64,000 nucleotides of DNA from positions 608,001-672,000 of the forward strand of contig CAWBKB010000003.1 in the NCBI GenBank assembly GCA_963789265.1. The letters are read 5' to 3'. The notes under the pieces are model-generated. The model worked only from the letters and a program-made list of their open reading frames with translations. It did no database searches and had not been told where the DNA came from. The translations under genes and the position numbers were made by a program. This document shows positions 20,121 to 32,231 of the stretch, in pieces (position 1 is the stretch's first letter; each line of letters begins with the position of its first letter). This stretch comes from an uncultured delta proteobacterium (GTDB lineage: Bacteria; Desulfobacterota; Desulfomonilia; Desulfomonilales; Desulfomonilaceae).

Positions 20121-20468
20121 TCACTTGGAGCCGGTGCGCTTCTTGGCTATCAGGTGCGCATGCAGATGAAAAATAACCTGCCCGCCGCCGCGATTTACAT
20201 TTATGAAGAACCGGTATCCCGTTTGGGCTACTCCGAAATCTTCAGCGATGCTCCGGGCTACTTGGCCGACGTGACTCAGGACGTGATCATCCGGTTGCAC
20301 ATCGTTAAGGGTCGGAATGTGCTTCCGAGGCACAATAAGGATGTGGATCTCAGAAATAGGATTCGCATCCCAGAACCCCACCACTAACTCATCTTCGTAT
20401 ACTTTATCCGCCGGCAGCTTGCCATTAACAATGTTGCAAAACACGCAGTCTGTTTGGGATTCCCTCAT
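20121..20468 (-). CDS. HIT (histidine triad) nucleotide-binding protein
   Basis: DCVFCNI...HILIVP...FHLHAH. Confidence 0.88.
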   Translation of the reverse strand: MRESQTDCVFCNIVNGKLPADKVYEDELVVGFWDANPISEIHILIVPRKHIPTLNDVQPDDHVLSHVGQVARSIAEDFGVAQTGYRFFINVNRGGGQVIFHLHAHLIAKKRTGSK

Positions 20469-20491
20469 GAACTGGCGCCTCGTCTCTAATC

Positions 20492-21049
20492 TCAGTGCCC
20501 GACGACCGGCCGCCCCGCTGCCCCCGGCGTGACAATTTGGTTAAGATCAGAAGGGCCGGTCTTTTCCGGCTCGATTCCGGAGAACAGGCTCCGTCGTTTG
20601 AAGTCCGGCCAAAGCTTCCACTCACCGCCGACTTTCTGAAACACTGAAATAGTGCCGGTGGCCAATTTCTTGCCGTTGCCAAGCTTCGCAATCGTCTCAT
20701 ACTCGACAAAGGCCCAGCTTCGGTTCCCGGGATTAACCTTGACACTTTTTATCTTGCAATCGTAACTCTTGATGTTAAGCGCTTTTATCTTTCGCCTCTC
20801 CCTGTCGATGAAAAGTTGCGCACTGTTCCCGGCTATGAGTGGTTTAAGGGCCCTTTGATCGTTTGCGATCACCGCCTGCCAGATGCCGGTCAATGCCTTT
20901 TTGACCTTCTGCTGTTCGGTAGCCCAGGGGAGCCAGAGCCCGAAAGCAGGGAGACAAACTGAGCATATACCTGCGATCGCGATCAAAAACAGCGCCTTGA
21001 ATTGAGGCCTGGTCAGAATCGTTGACAACCCGATATAGATCCGTGTCAT
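20492..21049 (-). CDS. Hypothetical exported protein (NTF2-like pattern possible)
   Basis: GAGG RBS, N-terminal hydrophobic segment, helix then beta-strands ending FQKVGGEWKL. Confidence 0.6.
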   Translation of the reverse strand: MTRIYIGLSTILTRPQFKALFLIAIAGICSVCLPAFGLWLPWATEQQKVKKALTGIWQAVIANDQRALKPLIAGNSAQLFIDRERRKIKALNIKSYDCKIKSVKVNPGNRSWAFVEYETIAKLGNGKKLATGTISVFQKVGGEWKLWPDFKRRSLFSGIEPEKTGPSDLNQIVTPGAAGRPVVGH

Positions 21050-21173
21050 TGAATTCCTCTATAAGGGCAACGCCAAATAAAAGACGCGGGTTCGGCCCGG
21101 CTCCTTCTTGCGGCCTGTCTCATAGCAAGACACGCTCATTCTGTCCAGCTATCTTTCAATGGTTCCCAAAATA

Positions 21174-22664
21174 CTAGAGAGTTTCGAGCGAGGCTTTCAT
21201 GGCGCGATCTCGAGCCCAAGCTTCAATCTTCTGAATCCGCTCGCGCATGGTTCGGGAAAGAGGGACTATATTTCTGAGGGAATTGGCCAGGACGTGCTCC
21301 GAAAGCTCCTCCTTGCGAGACGTGCTTTCGAACAGCGCTGCGATAACGCCTTGTTCGATCTCGGCCCCGTTGAGGCCTTCCGTGGAAGATGCCAGATAAT
21401 CCATATCAAAACGAGCAGGGTCCACCCGCCTTTTGCGCATGTGGATAGTTAGGATCTGCTTCCGTTCCTCCATCATGGGGAGGCCCATATAAAAGAGTTC
21501 ATCGAATCGGCCCTTACGAAGGATCTCCGGAGGCAGGACTTCCACTTCATTTGCGGTAGCTCCTACAAACACCGGTGCGGTCTTTTCCTGCATCCAGGTG
21601 AGGAAGAGGGCGAGGACTCGGGCCTCCTTCCCTCCGGCCTGCTTCTGCTTTTGATTGGCTATACCCGCTTCGATTTCATCTATCCATAAAACGCAAGGTG
21701 CCACAGCTTCGGCCGTCTTTATGGCCTTGCGCATGGCCTCTTCAGGCGGGCCCGCCAGACCGTCATATATTCTCCCCATGTCGAGTCTAAGAAGAGGGAG
21801 CTTCCAGTACGCGGCGATTGCCTTGATACAGAGGCTTTTGCCACAGCCGCTCACTCCCATAACAAGGATCCCTTTGGGAGGAGTCAATCCGTGTTTAGCG
21901 GCAGCGGGAGAGAATGCTCTACTCCTGTCTGTGAGCCATTTTTTTAAATTCACCAGGCCGCCGATCTCCCATGCGCCGGCTTGCGCGTTCACGAATTCCA
22001 ACACGCCGCTCTTCCGTACAAGAGACTGCTTATCCGCGACAACAGAGTCCACTGTCTTGCCCGTCAATGAGGTCTCTTTCATCAATGCTGAGTGGAAAGC
22101 ATCTGAAGCCATGTCCGCGGTGAATCCCATTGAAGCTCTAACCATCTTGTCCCGGAGGTCCGCGGTAAGTGATTTACGAAGCGATTGACACGCAGGGCTG
22201 CCGTCAATGCACGTATCCAGAATCTTTGACAGCTCTTCGAATCGGGGCAGAGGAACATCCTCGATGTTGAAAATCGCGAAAAGTTCTTCCGGCAGATTCA
22301 ATTGCGGAGAAACAAAGAAAATCTTGTTACCCGTCAGACGTAAAACGCGGGAAGCTTCCTTTAACTGCCTGATCAAGGGCGGATTAGCATTGACCAACAG
22401 ATGCAGATCCTTAAAGATCAGAATAGACTTCGCGTCAAATTTCAGAAAGTGGTCCAATGCGAGCACCGGGTCAGGACTTGGAACCACCACCTCTCGGTGG
22501 TTAGTTAGCCCGTGAACACAAGACCACTTGTAAAGCCGAGTGGGTTCGATGCCGGCCTTTTCAGCGACGAATTCAATAATACTCTCCACCCTGTCCTCTT
22601 CCTCGGAAATCAGGTAGATCAAGGATGATGAGCCGCTTAAGAATTTCTTGATCTTTGTGAGCAT
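21174..22664 (-). CDS. AAA+ ATPase, Ycf46-like
   Basis: Degenerate N-terminal AAA domain (FKDLH), IGGLVNLKKW, GVSGCGKS, WIDEIE, RKGRFDE, VPLS. Confidence 0.85.
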   Translation of the reverse strand: MLTKIKKFLSGSSSLIYLISEEEDRVESIIEFVAEKAGIEPTRLYKWSCVHGLTNHREVVVPSPDPVLALDHFLKFDAKSILIFKDLHLLVNANPPLIRQLKEASRVLRLTGNKIFFVSPQLNLPEELFAIFNIEDVPLPRFEELSKILDTCIDGSPACQSLRKSLTADLRDKMVRASMGFTADMASDAFHSALMKETSLTGKTVDSVVADKQSLVRKSGVLEFVNAQAGAWEIGGLVNLKKWLTDRSRAFSPAAAKHGLTPPKGILVMGVSGCGKSLCIKAIAAYWKLPLLRLDMGRIYDGLAGPPEEAMRKAIKTAEAVAPCVLWIDEIEAGIANQKQKQAGGKEARVLALFLTWMQEKTAPVFVGATANEVEVLPPEILRKGRFDELFYMGLPMMEERKQILTIHMRKRRVDPARFDMDYLASSTEGLNGAEIEQGVIAALFESTSRKEELSEHVLANSLRNIVPLSRTMRERIQKIEAWARDRAMKASLETL

Positions 22665-22979
22665 AGTAAGTCCGGGCGTCGCCGTTTGTCTTGGAACCGC
22701 ACCATTTATAAGAATGCCATATTGCAGTGCATACCGCAATATCCCTTATACCGATTTGTTTTCAAACAAGTGAGAATGGGCCGATAGCAAACGGCACTGA
22801 CCTGGCGCCATGATGGTGCTTCCCGCGGGAGGCTTTGTCGGATCCGTGTTGTATTTCCTTGATTGTTCGCCGTTTGATCGCGCACTGGCATTACGCCCCA
22901 ACCGGCCACATCTTGCAAGTATTCACATTTGCACGTTCGCGGATTCGGCCCCGGAACTTGGAGAACTCGATGAAATTGC

Positions 22980-23783
22980 CTATTTCGGGATAATGAATCT
23001 GTTCCGAGGAGGCTTCGTCTTTTCTACCCTATCTGCCAAGATCGCAGGATAGTCGGCGGCCTTGAATTGCGTCGTGGTCACCTTGCCTCCCACTTTAACC
23101 CATGTGCCGGTCTTGAGTTTGCGGCTTTCCGGCCACTTGACAATTACCCCGGCGGGCGTGGCGTCGGCAGCACAGCATACCATGACGAGCCGATAACAAA
23201 AGAAACTGCCACGAGGAAGTCTTTTGTCTCTGTGCACTATTCCGACCAGCGCCGTGTGCGATCCCTGAAAGCGATCGGGATCTGAAACCAGGTCCAACAA
23301 AGTCGGCTGACGAACTTTAAGTGGAGTTTTCACAGCCTTTACAGCTTTCACGTTTCTGACTGGTGTCTCACGCTTTGGCCGCGCCTTGATCGGTTTGGAC
23401 GCTTGCGGACGCGATGCCACTGCACGCGGAGTGTACAGGGAACGCCTTTCCGCCGCGCCGATACTCAAATCGGAAGTGGTAGCAAGGTGTAAACACAAGA
23501 GCGGGAAGAAAAGGACTACGATCTGGACGAGGCTTTTCAGGCGAGCCAGTCCGTGTTGATTGGGCCGGCTGACGGCCAAAGACGCTCCGAGAGCAATGAG
23601 AATTCCAATGGCAGCGTAAACCAGCCACCAGTAGTCGCTGCGAATAAACTTCCCCAACAGAGGGGGGGCGTCTTCAGTGCCGCGAGCAAGCCAACCAAAA
23701 CCGGCAATCCACGCCACAAGGACAGTTGCCTCCAGCATTCCCAGCCAGGGAAGCCCTTGCTGATCATCGTGCACCTGGCACAC
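22980..23783 (-). CDS. TIGR03943/DUF1980-type membrane protein (YcgQ-like)
   Basis: N-terminal TM segments, C-terminal RLVMVCCAADA and WVKVGG motifs; overlaps the upstream permease. Confidence 0.75.
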   Translation of the reverse strand: MCQVHDDQQGLPWLGMLEATVLVAWIAGFGWLARGTEDAPPLLGKFIRSDYWWLVYAAIGILIALGASLAVSRPNQHGLARLKSLVQIVVLFFPLLCLHLATTSDLSIGAAERRSLYTPRAVASRPQASKPIKARPKRETPVRNVKAVKAVKTPLKVRQPTLLDLVSDPDRFQGSHTALVGIVHRDKRLPRGSFFCYRLVMVCCAADATPAGVIVKWPESRKLKTGTWVKVGGKVTTTQFKAADYPAILADRVEKTKPPRNRFIIPK

Positions 23784-24963
23784 CTCCGAAACCGTAGTGC
23801 AATGTCATCATTGCCAGCAAAACTGCTATGAGCGTCACCAAGGCGAGCGCTCCTATCACACGGCTTTTGAATACCGTAAAGTACGTGAGCAGGAGCTTCA
23901 GATCGAGCATTGGACCAAGAACCATGAAAGCCATCTGAGCCGTATCAGGAAACACCGTCCGAAATCCGGCCGCTATAAATGCGTCGGTCTGGCTGCACAG
24001 ATTAAGAGTTACAGCAAGGCCCATCATTGCCAAAATGGAGAGAATCGGCGACCCAAACAAATCCCGAAAGGCGACTACATCAATAGTGGCTCTGGCGAGG
24101 GATGCTACGAACGCACCAATTATCAGGAACTTGCCGATGGAGAAGAAATCATCTCTGGCATGGGCCAATGCCTCGAGGGTCTTCGAAAGAAAACCTACTT
24201 GCTCATGGTGGTGATGGTCCTCACCACAGTGACAGCAGCATCCGTGCTCGCACGTAGCCGTTCCTATCACCAGGGCATCACTGTCGCGGCGGAACAACGT
24301 ACCCAGAATCAGGGCTACGCAGACCGCTATCACGTATCCGCACACCATTCGGGTGCAGACCATGCCCAAATTTCCCCGGTAGGCCAGCAACGTAGAGGCT
24401 GCCACCAACGGATTCACTATGGGCGCACCAAGGAGAAACGCTATGGCTGCGGGCATAGGCACTCCCTTGTTTATCAGGCGCCGCACTATGGGAATGATTG
24501 CGCATTCGCAAACGGGAAAGATCATCCCAAGTCCCGCGGCGATAAAGACAGTGGCGGTTGTGTGCCCCGTTAGCGCTCGCTGAACAAAATCCTGAGAAAC
24601 GAACACCTCGATAATTCCGCCGAGCACTGCCCCCAGCAACATGAAGGGCATTGCTTCAAGCAAAATGGCTATGAAGTTGATGAAGAGATCGCCGATCTGT
24701 GGGTCCCGTGTGAACATTCCGACAGCGAGCACCACCAGCGCGAACGCGAGAATGACCACCTCCACCATTATGGCGGCCGTTTCAGCGTTGGAAGGGCTCG
24801 TGCCCGTGGGGCGGTCTGGGAGAGTTTCGGTGACCTCGACCTGGTGCTGATAATAATTCGGCCGACTCACACGGTGGTGACCGTGAGGAACAGTCTTTTG
24901 GTATGGTGCCTGTGATGCTGACAGGGTACGTTTCTCCTGAGTTCCTCTCAGGGAGCGGATCAT
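23764..24963 (-). CDS. DUF318 (YcgR/ArsP-like) permease
   Basis: EAMPF, FPVCECAIIP, APIVNP, LCSQTDAFIA, GPMLDLK; His/Cys-rich loop. Start uncertain (24768-24963). Confidence 0.85.
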   Translation of the reverse strand: MIRSLRGTQEKRTLSASQAPYQKTVPHGHHRVSRPNYYQHQVEVTETLPDRPTGTSPSNAETAAIMVEVVILAFALVVLAVGMFTRDPQIGDLFINFIAILLEAMPFMLLGAVLGGIIEVFVSQDFVQRALTGHTTATVFIAAGLGMIFPVCECAIIPIVRRLINKGVPMPAAIAFLLGAPIVNPLVAASTLLAYRGNLGMVCTRMVCGYVIAVCVALILGTLFRRDSDALVIGTATCEHGCCCHCGEDHHHHEQVGFLSKTLEALAHARDDFFSIGKFLIIGAFVASLARATIDVVAFRDLFGSPILSILAMMGLAVTLNLCSQTDAFIAAGFRTVFPDTAQMAFMVLGPMLDLKLLLTYFTVFKSRVIGALALVTLIAVLLAMMTLHYGFGGVPGAR

Positions 24964-25138
24964 AGCATCGGCGGCCTGATGAAACAAGGCCCACCGGACA
25001 ATCCAGCACTGGTGCACGGATCATGACGCTCAGAACAGGGATCTGTACTACTACCAATTCTGCTTACTTCGAAGTGCAACGCTTGAAAGTGAATCTCTTT
25101 TGAGATAGCAATCATTTGGCCGATATCAGGCCCGTCGC

Positions 25139-27067
25139 ATGCGTGACACCAAAGGAGGATCCATGAAGCTCAGTCTACTAATATGTTGTGCCATTTGCGT
25201 ATCTACACTGTGCTGTATGGCTGTCCCTGGTGAGTGCCGCCAAGTGAAGCAGTACTCCATCGAACAGTTCATGAAAACAATATCTATCGGCGGAAGTTCC
25301 TTTTCATTTGATGAAAAGTCTATCTTGTTTTCAAGCAATCAGACAGGCATTTATAACGCTTTCACCATTCCTGTCACAGGCGGTAAGCCCGTTCAGGTCA
25401 CTCACTCAAAGCAAAATGCAATATTTGCTCTGACTTTCTTGCCTCATGACAAGCGCATCCTTTACGTAAGCGACCGCGGCGGCAACGAAATCAGTCACAT
25501 CTATCTCCAAGATGAGGACGGGAAAATCCGGGACTTAACGCCGGATGAAAAGGCTAAGTCTGTCTTTTATGGAATCAGTCACGACGAGAAGAGCTTTTAT
25601 TTTGGCTCGAACAAAAGAGACCCGAAGTTCATGGATGTTTATGACATGGACATTAAGACCTTTACACCGCACCTTATTTTTAAGAATCAGGGACCATACA
25701 ATCTTGGAACCGTATCCAGAGACAAACGCTATCTCGCATTCAGCAAAACGATAACCCGAGATAATTCAGATATATATCTGTATGACACTAAGACCGGGAC
25801 GTTCAAGCTCCTTACTCCTCACCAGGGTGACGTGAACTATTCTCCGGCGACATTCAGTCCTGACTCCAAGAGCTTGTACTATTTAACCGATAACGGGCGC
25901 GAGTTCGCTGACCTCAAACGGTACAATCTCGAGTCCGGAAAGTCGGAGACGGTTCTGAAAGTAGACTGGGATATAGAATTCGCCCAATTTTCGTATACCG
26001 GCAAATTCATGGTGGTGGGAATCAACAATGACGCAAGGACTGAGATCAGAATCTATGATACTTCCACGAATCATTTGATCCAACTGCCCAAACCTCCGCA
26101 GGGCAAGATAACGTCAGTTAGAATTTCAAAGAGCGAGAAATTGATGAGCTTCTATGTCAACGGCTCGAGATCGCCCAACAACCTGTACGTCTACGATTTC
26201 GAAACTCGGCGGTATTCGCGGCTTACGGATACTTTGAACCCTGAAATCAATCCTGATGATCTTGTGGAAGCCCGGAGAGTACGCTTCAAGTCTTTTGACG
26301 GGCTAGAGATACCCGCACTATTATACAAACCTCACCAGGCGCAAGCTTCCAGCAAGGTGCCCGCAATGGTGTGGGTTCACGGCGGGCCCGGTGGCCAGTC
26401 CACAATTGGCTACAGTCCTCTGTTTCAATATCTGGTAAATCACGGATATGCTCTGATAGCAGTCAACAATCGTGGCAGCTCGGGATACGGGAAGACTTTC
26501 TATAGATCGGCCACCCACAAACATGGACAGGGCGATCTGGTAGATTGCGTTGAGGCCAAGAAATACCTTGAATCAACCGGATATGTGGACGATGACCGAG
26601 TGGGAATAATCGGGGGCAGTTACGGGGGATACATGGTTCTGGCAGCGCTCACTTTCAGACCAAATGACTTTGCGTTGGGCGTAGACATGTTCGGCGTATC
26701 GAACTGGCTTCGCACATTGAAGAGTTTTCCATCGTGGTGGGATCCGTACAAAGAAGCGCTATACAAAGAAATCGGGAATCCTGACACGGAAGAGAAGTAT
26801 CTACGAAGCATCTCTCCACTTTTTCACGCGGATAACATCGTCAAGCCGCTGATGGTGCTCCAAGGAAAAAACGATCCACGAGTGCTTAAAGCTGAATCAG
26901 ATGAAATTGTAGCTGCGGCCAAGAAGCGAGGTGTTCCGGTCGAGTACATTGTGTTTCAGGACGAAGGACATGGATTTATTAAGAAAGAGAACGAAATTAA
27001 GGGCTATCGGGCCATACTCGATTTTTTGAACGAGTACTTGAACAAGCGATCCGAGGCCGCGAAATGA
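25139..27067 (+). CDS. S9 family peptidase (beta-propeller plus alpha/beta hydrolase), secreted
   Basis: HGGPG, GGSYGG (Ser), NDPRV (Asp), EGHG (His). Start probably at 25163, after AGGAGG. Confidence 0.92.
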   Translation: MRDTKGGSMKLSLLICCAICVSTLCCMAVPGECRQVKQYSIEQFMKTISIGGSSFSFDEKSILFSSNQTGIYNAFTIPVTGGKPVQVTHSKQNAIFALTFLPHDKRILYVSDRGGNEISHIYLQDEDGKIRDLTPDEKAKSVFYGISHDEKSFYFGSNKRDPKFMDVYDMDIKTFTPHLIFKNQGPYNLGTVSRDKRYLAFSKTITRDNSDIYLYDTKTGTFKLLTPHQGDVNYSPATFSPDSKSLYYLTDNGREFADLKRYNLESGKSETVLKVDWDIEFAQFSYTGKFMVVGINNDARTEIRIYDTSTNHLIQLPKPPQGKITSVRISKSEKLMSFYVNGSRSPNNLYVYDFETRRYSRLTDTLNPEINPDDLVEARRVRFKSFDGLEIPALLYKPHQAQASSKVPAMVWVHGGPGGQSTIGYSPLFQYLVNHGYALIAVNNRGSSGYGKTFYRSATHKHGQGDLVDCVEAKKYLESTGYVDDDRVGIIGGSYGGYMVLAALTFRPNDFALGVDMFGVSNWLRTLKSFPSWWDPYKEALYKEIGNPDTEEKYLRSISPLFHADNIVKPLMVLQGKNDPRVLKAESDEIVAAAKKRGVPVEYIVFQDEGHGFIKKENEIKGYRAILDFLNEYLNKRSEAAK

Positions 27068-27163
27068 TGAATGACTCTGCTTTTATAGGAATTCGCATTC
27101 AAAGCAGGATTGTTCCACCCGTGCATGCTCAATGAGGTGAGACCGAAGGCATGGCGCCTGCCG

Positions 27164-30100
27164 CTACGCAGTTTCCTCTCCGGAACGGCAGGCGCACTGG
27201 TTCTTACCGTGGTATTCCTGCAATGACTTCACTCTAAAGGTGTCCCCCCTATGGATTGCTCGAAGCCCAAGGGACAACGCATTAGCCCCCGCGAGAGTGG
27301 TGAAATAAGGCACATTATGGTTCAACGCGGCTAGTCGTATGTGGTAGGAATCCCTGAAGGACTTCTTGTCAGCAGAAGTGTTTACAACCAGAGCGATTTC
27401 ACCTCGCCGGATGAGATCGGTCACGTCTACGGCTCCGTCTTCGTGGATCTTCCCAACTTTTGTACAAGCAATCCCTGCAGCTTGCAAAGCCGCGGCCGTT
27501 CCCTCTGTGCAAACGAACGAAAAGCCGCATTCTTTGAGTCGCCTTCCGACAATTACCGCACTCGCTTTGTCTCGATCCGCCACGCTCAAGAAGACTTTTC
27601 CTCCGGTGGGTATGGGGAATTCCGTGCTGTACTGCGATTTCAGGAACGCCGGCCCAAACTCCGTGTCTATCCCCATTACCTCTCCGGTGGACTTCATCTC
27701 GGGCCCGAGCAGCACATCCACGCCGGGAAATTTTATGAATGGAAACACTGCTTCTTTGACACTCACATGGTCAGGTTGCGCCTCTCGGGTGAAGCCAATT
27801 TCTCGCAGCGTTTTCCCGGCCATTACTCGGGCACCGACTTTGGCCAATGGCACACCGATTGCCTTGGAAACGAATGGAACTGTCCTGGAGGCTCTAGGAT
27901 TGACTTCCAGCACGAAGATCTCCCCATCCTTAAGGGCAAGCTGGAGGTTCATCAACCCTTTGACCTTCAACTCCACCGCCAGCAGTCGAGTAATACGGCG
28001 GATCTCGTCCAAGTGGTACCGACCCAGACTGTATGGCGGCAGGGAGCAAGACGAATCTCCCGAATGAATGCCTGCTTCCTCTATATGCTCCATGATTCCG
28101 CCGATAACGACATCCCGGCCGTCAGCCACCGCATCCACGTCGATTTCAACGGCGCCTGTCAAGTACCCGTCGACAAGAATCGGGTGTTCCGGAGATGCTT
28201 GGACGACATGAGTCAGGTATACTTTGAGGTCATCCTCATTGTGCACTATTTCCATTGCCCGACCGCCGAGAACGTAAGAGGGTCGGACCACGAGCGGATA
28301 ACCTATTCGTCGGGCCACGTCGACGACTTCGCTGTAGGAATGGGCTATGTCATTGGGGGGCTGGTTTAGTCCTAAACCGATGAGCATTTCTTTAAATCGT
28401 TTACGGTCCTCCGCGCGGTCGATGGCGTCCGGGGAGGTGCCGATTATGGGTACTCCTGCCTTCCAGAGCGGCACGGCAAGCTTTAGAGGGGTCTGTCCGC
28501 CGAATTGCACGATGACTCCGTCCGGCTTTTCTCTGTTCACGATCTCCAGAACGTCCTCAAAGGTGAGCGGTTCGAAGTAGAGTCGATCGGACGTGTCATA
28601 ATCTGTGCTTACAGTTTCGGGATTGCAGTTGACCATAATGGTCTCGTAACCGTCCTCTTTGAGAGCGAAGGCCCCGTGAACGCAACAATAGTCAAACTCT
28701 ATCCCCTGTCCGATCCGGTTCGGCCCACTGCCGAGTATCATGATCTTCTTTCTGTTGGTGGGCGCGGACTCGTCTTCTTCCTCGTAAGAAGAGTACAGGT
28801 ACGGAGTATGAGCCTCGAACTCAGCCGCGCACGTATCTACTCTCTTGAAGACGGGTCTTACGTCGTGGCGGACCCTCAGTTCTCGTATTTCATCTTCCGA
28901 TTTGCCGGTAAGCATTCCAAGATGTATGTCTGAAAAGCCTAACGATTTAGCTCTCGCAAGGTTTTCTTTCGTTTCCGCGCCGCCCGGAAAGCCCTCTGCC
29001 GAAATCTCCTTCTCCATCTCCACGATTTGCGCGATCTGGCCGAGAAACCATGGGTCTATAGCGCAGTGCGCATTTATTTCGTCGATGCCGATACCGGCTC
29101 TCATTGCATCCGCCAAATACCAGAGCCTATCCGGCGTTGGTCGGCCCACGCGTTCGAGAATCTCGCCTTTGGAAAGACCCTTTTCAAGCCGCTGTTCGAG
29201 GCCATAGACGTCGATTTCCAATGAACGGATGGCCTTTTGGAGAGACTCCTTGAAAGTGCGGCCGATTGCCATCACCTCCCCCACGGATTTCATCTGTGTG
29301 GTTAGAGTTCGGTCCGCGCTGGGGAATTTCTCGAAGGTGAAACGAGGGATCTTCGTGACTACGTAGTCTATGGTGGGCTCGAAGGACGCGGGAGTCTTAA
29401 GCGTGATGTCGTTGGCGATCTCGTCGAGTGTGTACCCTACGGCCAACTTCGCGGCAATCTTGGCTATGGGAAAACCCGTGGCTTTTGAAGCCAGCGCACT
29501 GGACCGACTTACCCGCGGGTTCATTTCTATGACGACAACACGGCCCGTAACGGGATGTACCGCGAACTGAATGTTCGATCCACCGGTGTCCACTCCGATT
29601 TCCCGGATAATGGCTACGGCCTGATCTCGCAGGATTTGATACTCCTTGTCGGTTAGGGTTTGAGCCGGGGCCACGGTTATGGAATCGCCGGTGTGTACTC
29701 CCATTGGGTCGAAGTTTTCGATGGAGCAAATTATGACCACATTGTCGCCGCTGTCCCGCATGACCTCCAACTCGAATTCTTTCCAGCCCAGGGCTGATTC
29801 TTCAACGAGGATGCGCCCGACGGGAGAGACATCAAGCCCCCATTTTGCAAGCTCTGCAAATTTGGCTTCTGAAAACGCAACACTTCCACCGGTTCCGCCC
29901 AGCGTGAAAGACGGCCTGATAACATTTGGAAAACCCAATTCTCTGGCGACTTCCCAGGCTTGGTCAAGAGATTCAGCATATCCGCTGCGGGGCAGGTCCA
30001 AGCCTATGTTGCTCATGGCCGTTTTGAAAAGGTCCCTGTCTTCCGCTTTGTTAATCGCGTCAATACCGGCCCCAATCAGTTCCACGCGGTATTTTTCGAG

Positions 30101-30421
30101 AATTCCCGCTTCGTATAGCTCGACAGCACGGTTAAGGGCCGTTTGGCCGCCTAGAGTCGGGAGAAGAGCGTCCGGGCGTTCCTTCTCGATGATCCTGGCA
30201 AGAATGTCGACTTTTAGGGGTTCTATATACGTGGCATCGGCAAATTCCGGATCGGTCATGATAGTGGCCGGGTTGGAGTTCACGAGTATTACCCGGTAAC
30301 CCTCCTCTTTGAGCGCCTTAATAGCTTGGGTTCCGGAATAGTCGAATTCACAGGCCTGACCGATGATGATGGGACCGGACCCGATCAAAAGTATTGATTT
30401 GAGGTCTGTACGTTTTGGCAT
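27164..30421 (-). CDS. carB: Carbamoyl-phosphate synthase large subunit
   Basis: MPKRTDL...[10 protein letters not shown], duplicated ATP-grasp domains, C-terminal MGS domain; 1085 aa. Confidence 0.98.
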   Translation of the reverse strand: MPKRTDLKSILLIGSGPIIIGQACEFDYSGTQAIKALKEEGYRVILVNSNPATIMTDPEFADATYIEPLKVDILARIIEKERPDALLPTLGGQTALNRAVELYEAGILEKYRVELIGAGIDAINKAEDRDLFKTAMSNIGLDLPRSGYAESLDQAWEVARELGFPNVIRPSFTLGGTGGSVAFSEAKFAELAKWGLDVSPVGRILVEESALGWKEFELEVMRDSGDNVVIICSIENFDPMGVHTGDSITVAPAQTLTDKEYQILRDQAVAIIREIGVDTGGSNIQFAVHPVTGRVVVIEMNPRVSRSSALASKATGFPIAKIAAKLAVGYTLDEIANDITLKTPASFEPTIDYVVTKIPRFTFEKFPSADRTLTTQMKSVGEVMAIGRTFKESLQKAIRSLEIDVYGLEQRLEKGLSKGEILERVGRPTPDRLWYLADAMRAGIGIDEINAHCAIDPWFLGQIAQIVEMEKEISAEGFPGGAETKENLARAKSLGFSDIHLGMLTGKSEDEIRELRVRHDVRPVFKRVDTCAAEFEAHTPYLYSSYEEEDESAPTNRKKIMILGSGPNRIGQGIEFDYCCVHGAFALKEDGYETIMVNCNPETVSTDYDTSDRLYFEPLTFEDVLEIVNREKPDGVIVQFGGQTPLKLAVPLWKAGVPIIGTSPDAIDRAEDRKRFKEMLIGLGLNQPPNDIAHSYSEVVDVARRIGYPLVVRPSYVLGGRAMEIVHNEDDLKVYLTHVVQASPEHPILVDGYLTGAVEIDVDAVADGRDVVIGGIMEHIEEAGIHSGDSSCSLPPYSLGRYHLDEIRRITRLLAVELKVKGLMNLQLALKDGEIFVLEVNPRASRTVPFVSKAIGVPLAKVGARVMAGKTLREIGFTREAQPDHVSVKEAVFPFIKFPGVDVLLGPEMKSTGEVMGIDTEFGPAFLKSQYSTEFPIPTGGKVFLSVADRDKASAVIVGRRLKECGFSFVCTEGTAAALQAAGIACTKVGKIHEDGAVDVTDLIRRGEIALVVNTSADKKSFRDSYHIRLAALNHNVPYFTTLAGANALSLGLRAIHRGDTFRVKSLQEYHGKNQCACRSGEETA

Positions 30422-30648
30422 ACTGTTGTCTTTTCCACAGATGAGTCTGTCATTTGAAGAGATCGAGACCGGCTGAAACTATAGGATCGGTAACGCGAAA
30501 TTTCAAGGGGGATTCCAAAGCCAAAGAACCATACGGTGGCGGAGCTTCAAATTGGGTTCAGTATGTTAAAGTAGGAGACTTCGGAGTACGAACGGTAATA
30601 TTATATCATTGTCCTCTTGCTACGGAAGTTTCCTTTATCGGATAGCAC

Positions 30649-32096
30649 ATGGAAAACGTGGGTAAAATGATCTCGCCTGGCAAAAGCCGATATCTCGAAA
30701 TTCAGCATCTCCTGAAAGAATCCTGGGCAATGGGCTGGCCCATGATCCTAATCATGTTCTTTCAGTTCGCCATACTTCTAACTGATGTCTATGTGGCAGG
30801 CTTTTTGGGGACAGATGTGCTTGCTGCAGTGGGTTACGTGGCTCAGCTATATTGGACTCTCATGATAATGGCCAATGGACTCAGCATGGGGACGGTCGCC
30901 ATGGTTTCACAGGCTTATGGCGCCAAATCCAGTGACGGGGTGGGATGCATAACTGCCAATTCACTATTGGTGGCTCTTTGTGTATCAGGTGTTTTGACAG
31001 TGGTTGCTCAGCTCTATCCTGCATCAATTGTGCGTCTCGCCGGAATGCCGCAGGGAATTCAGACCATAGCCGAATCTTTCTTACGGGTCTTTTCATTAGT
31101 TCTGGTTCCCACGTACCTTCTCGATTATAACCAGCGGTGTGCTGCGCTCCTCGGGCCGCATCCACATTGCGATGGTAAACAGTCTTGTGGCCGCATGCGT
31201 CAATGTGACGGGCGAGCTTGCTCTTAGCTTCGGCTGTGGCCCAATCCCGGCGCTCGGGTACATTGGGATCGCTTGGGCTTCGGCGATCGCTACCACTTTG
31301 GGCATGTCGCTGAATCTGATGTACGTACTCTCCGGCCCTTCCAGGGTAACACTGGGCTCCCTGACCACGCCTCTATTTGGCTGCATCAAAAACCTTGTGA
31401 AACTCGGCGTCCCCACCGCTCTTCAACAGACCGCATGGAATGCCGGGACACTTGTGGTGTACTTCTTGGTGGCGCACTTGCGGGGAGGAGAGGTTACCGC
31501 TCTTGCGGCCATGTCTGCCGGCGTGCGCATAGAGGCAATCATCTTTCTCCCTATCTTTGGTCTTAACATGGCCTCCGCAGTTTTGACCGGGAACAGACTC
31601 GGCGCGGGTGATGTGGTTGGAGCCAGGTTCTGGAGCCAAGGTGACAACGATGCTCTGTCTGGCACTCATACTTTTGCCTGCGTTGGCTATATTCATTTTC
31701 GCGCCGGAAATCTCACGCCTGTTGACCCGAGACCCCGCGGTGCTTCGAGAGATGACGCGCTATCTGCGGATAAATATGATAGGCGAGCCATTTATGGCTA
31801 TCGGGGTTTCCCTGTCCGGGGCTTTGCAGGGAGCGGGGGATACCTTCGCCACAATGAGGATTATCTTCACGGGAATGTGGCTGCTTAGAATTCCTCTCAT
31901 CCTTGGCGCAATCTATATTCTTCAGACGAGCGCATCAGGGGTCTGGTGGTCGATGGCCATCTCCATGGCAATCATGTGCGGATTGTTGGCAAACAGATTC
32001 AGGGGTGATGCGTGGATAAGAGCTTCTGTGGACAAGGAGAGCAATACCATGCTGTGGGAGGCCTGCGTTCCGCAGGGGCATGGACGTGCCAAGTAA
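30649..32096 (+). CDS. MATE family efflux transporter (two frameshifts, near 31125 and 31625)
   Basis: Three overlapping ORFs give contiguous MATE sequence (TDVYVAGFLG, SQAYGA, GIAWAS, GNRLGAG, LQGAGDT). Confidence 0.85.
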
Positions 32097-32231
32097 AACT
32101 CTGCCGAGGAAGCAAAAGATCCGGGTGAAAGGATTAGGGCTCTGAGAGGATCTTTTCGATGTCAAAGGCTAGGTCCGGCAATTTATTACAGGTTTTCATA
32201 AATACGCTGAGGCTGAAGACGGCACGGAAGA

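Noticed and set aside
19804..20124. N-terminal extension of the HIT ORF
   Set aside because: It reads through REP palindromes; the HIT domain starts at MSDCVFC.
27341..30299. Long plus-strand ORFs (342, 233, 206 aa) and similar antisense ORFs elsewhere
   Set aside because: Shadow frames opposite carB and other well-supported genes, with no motifs.
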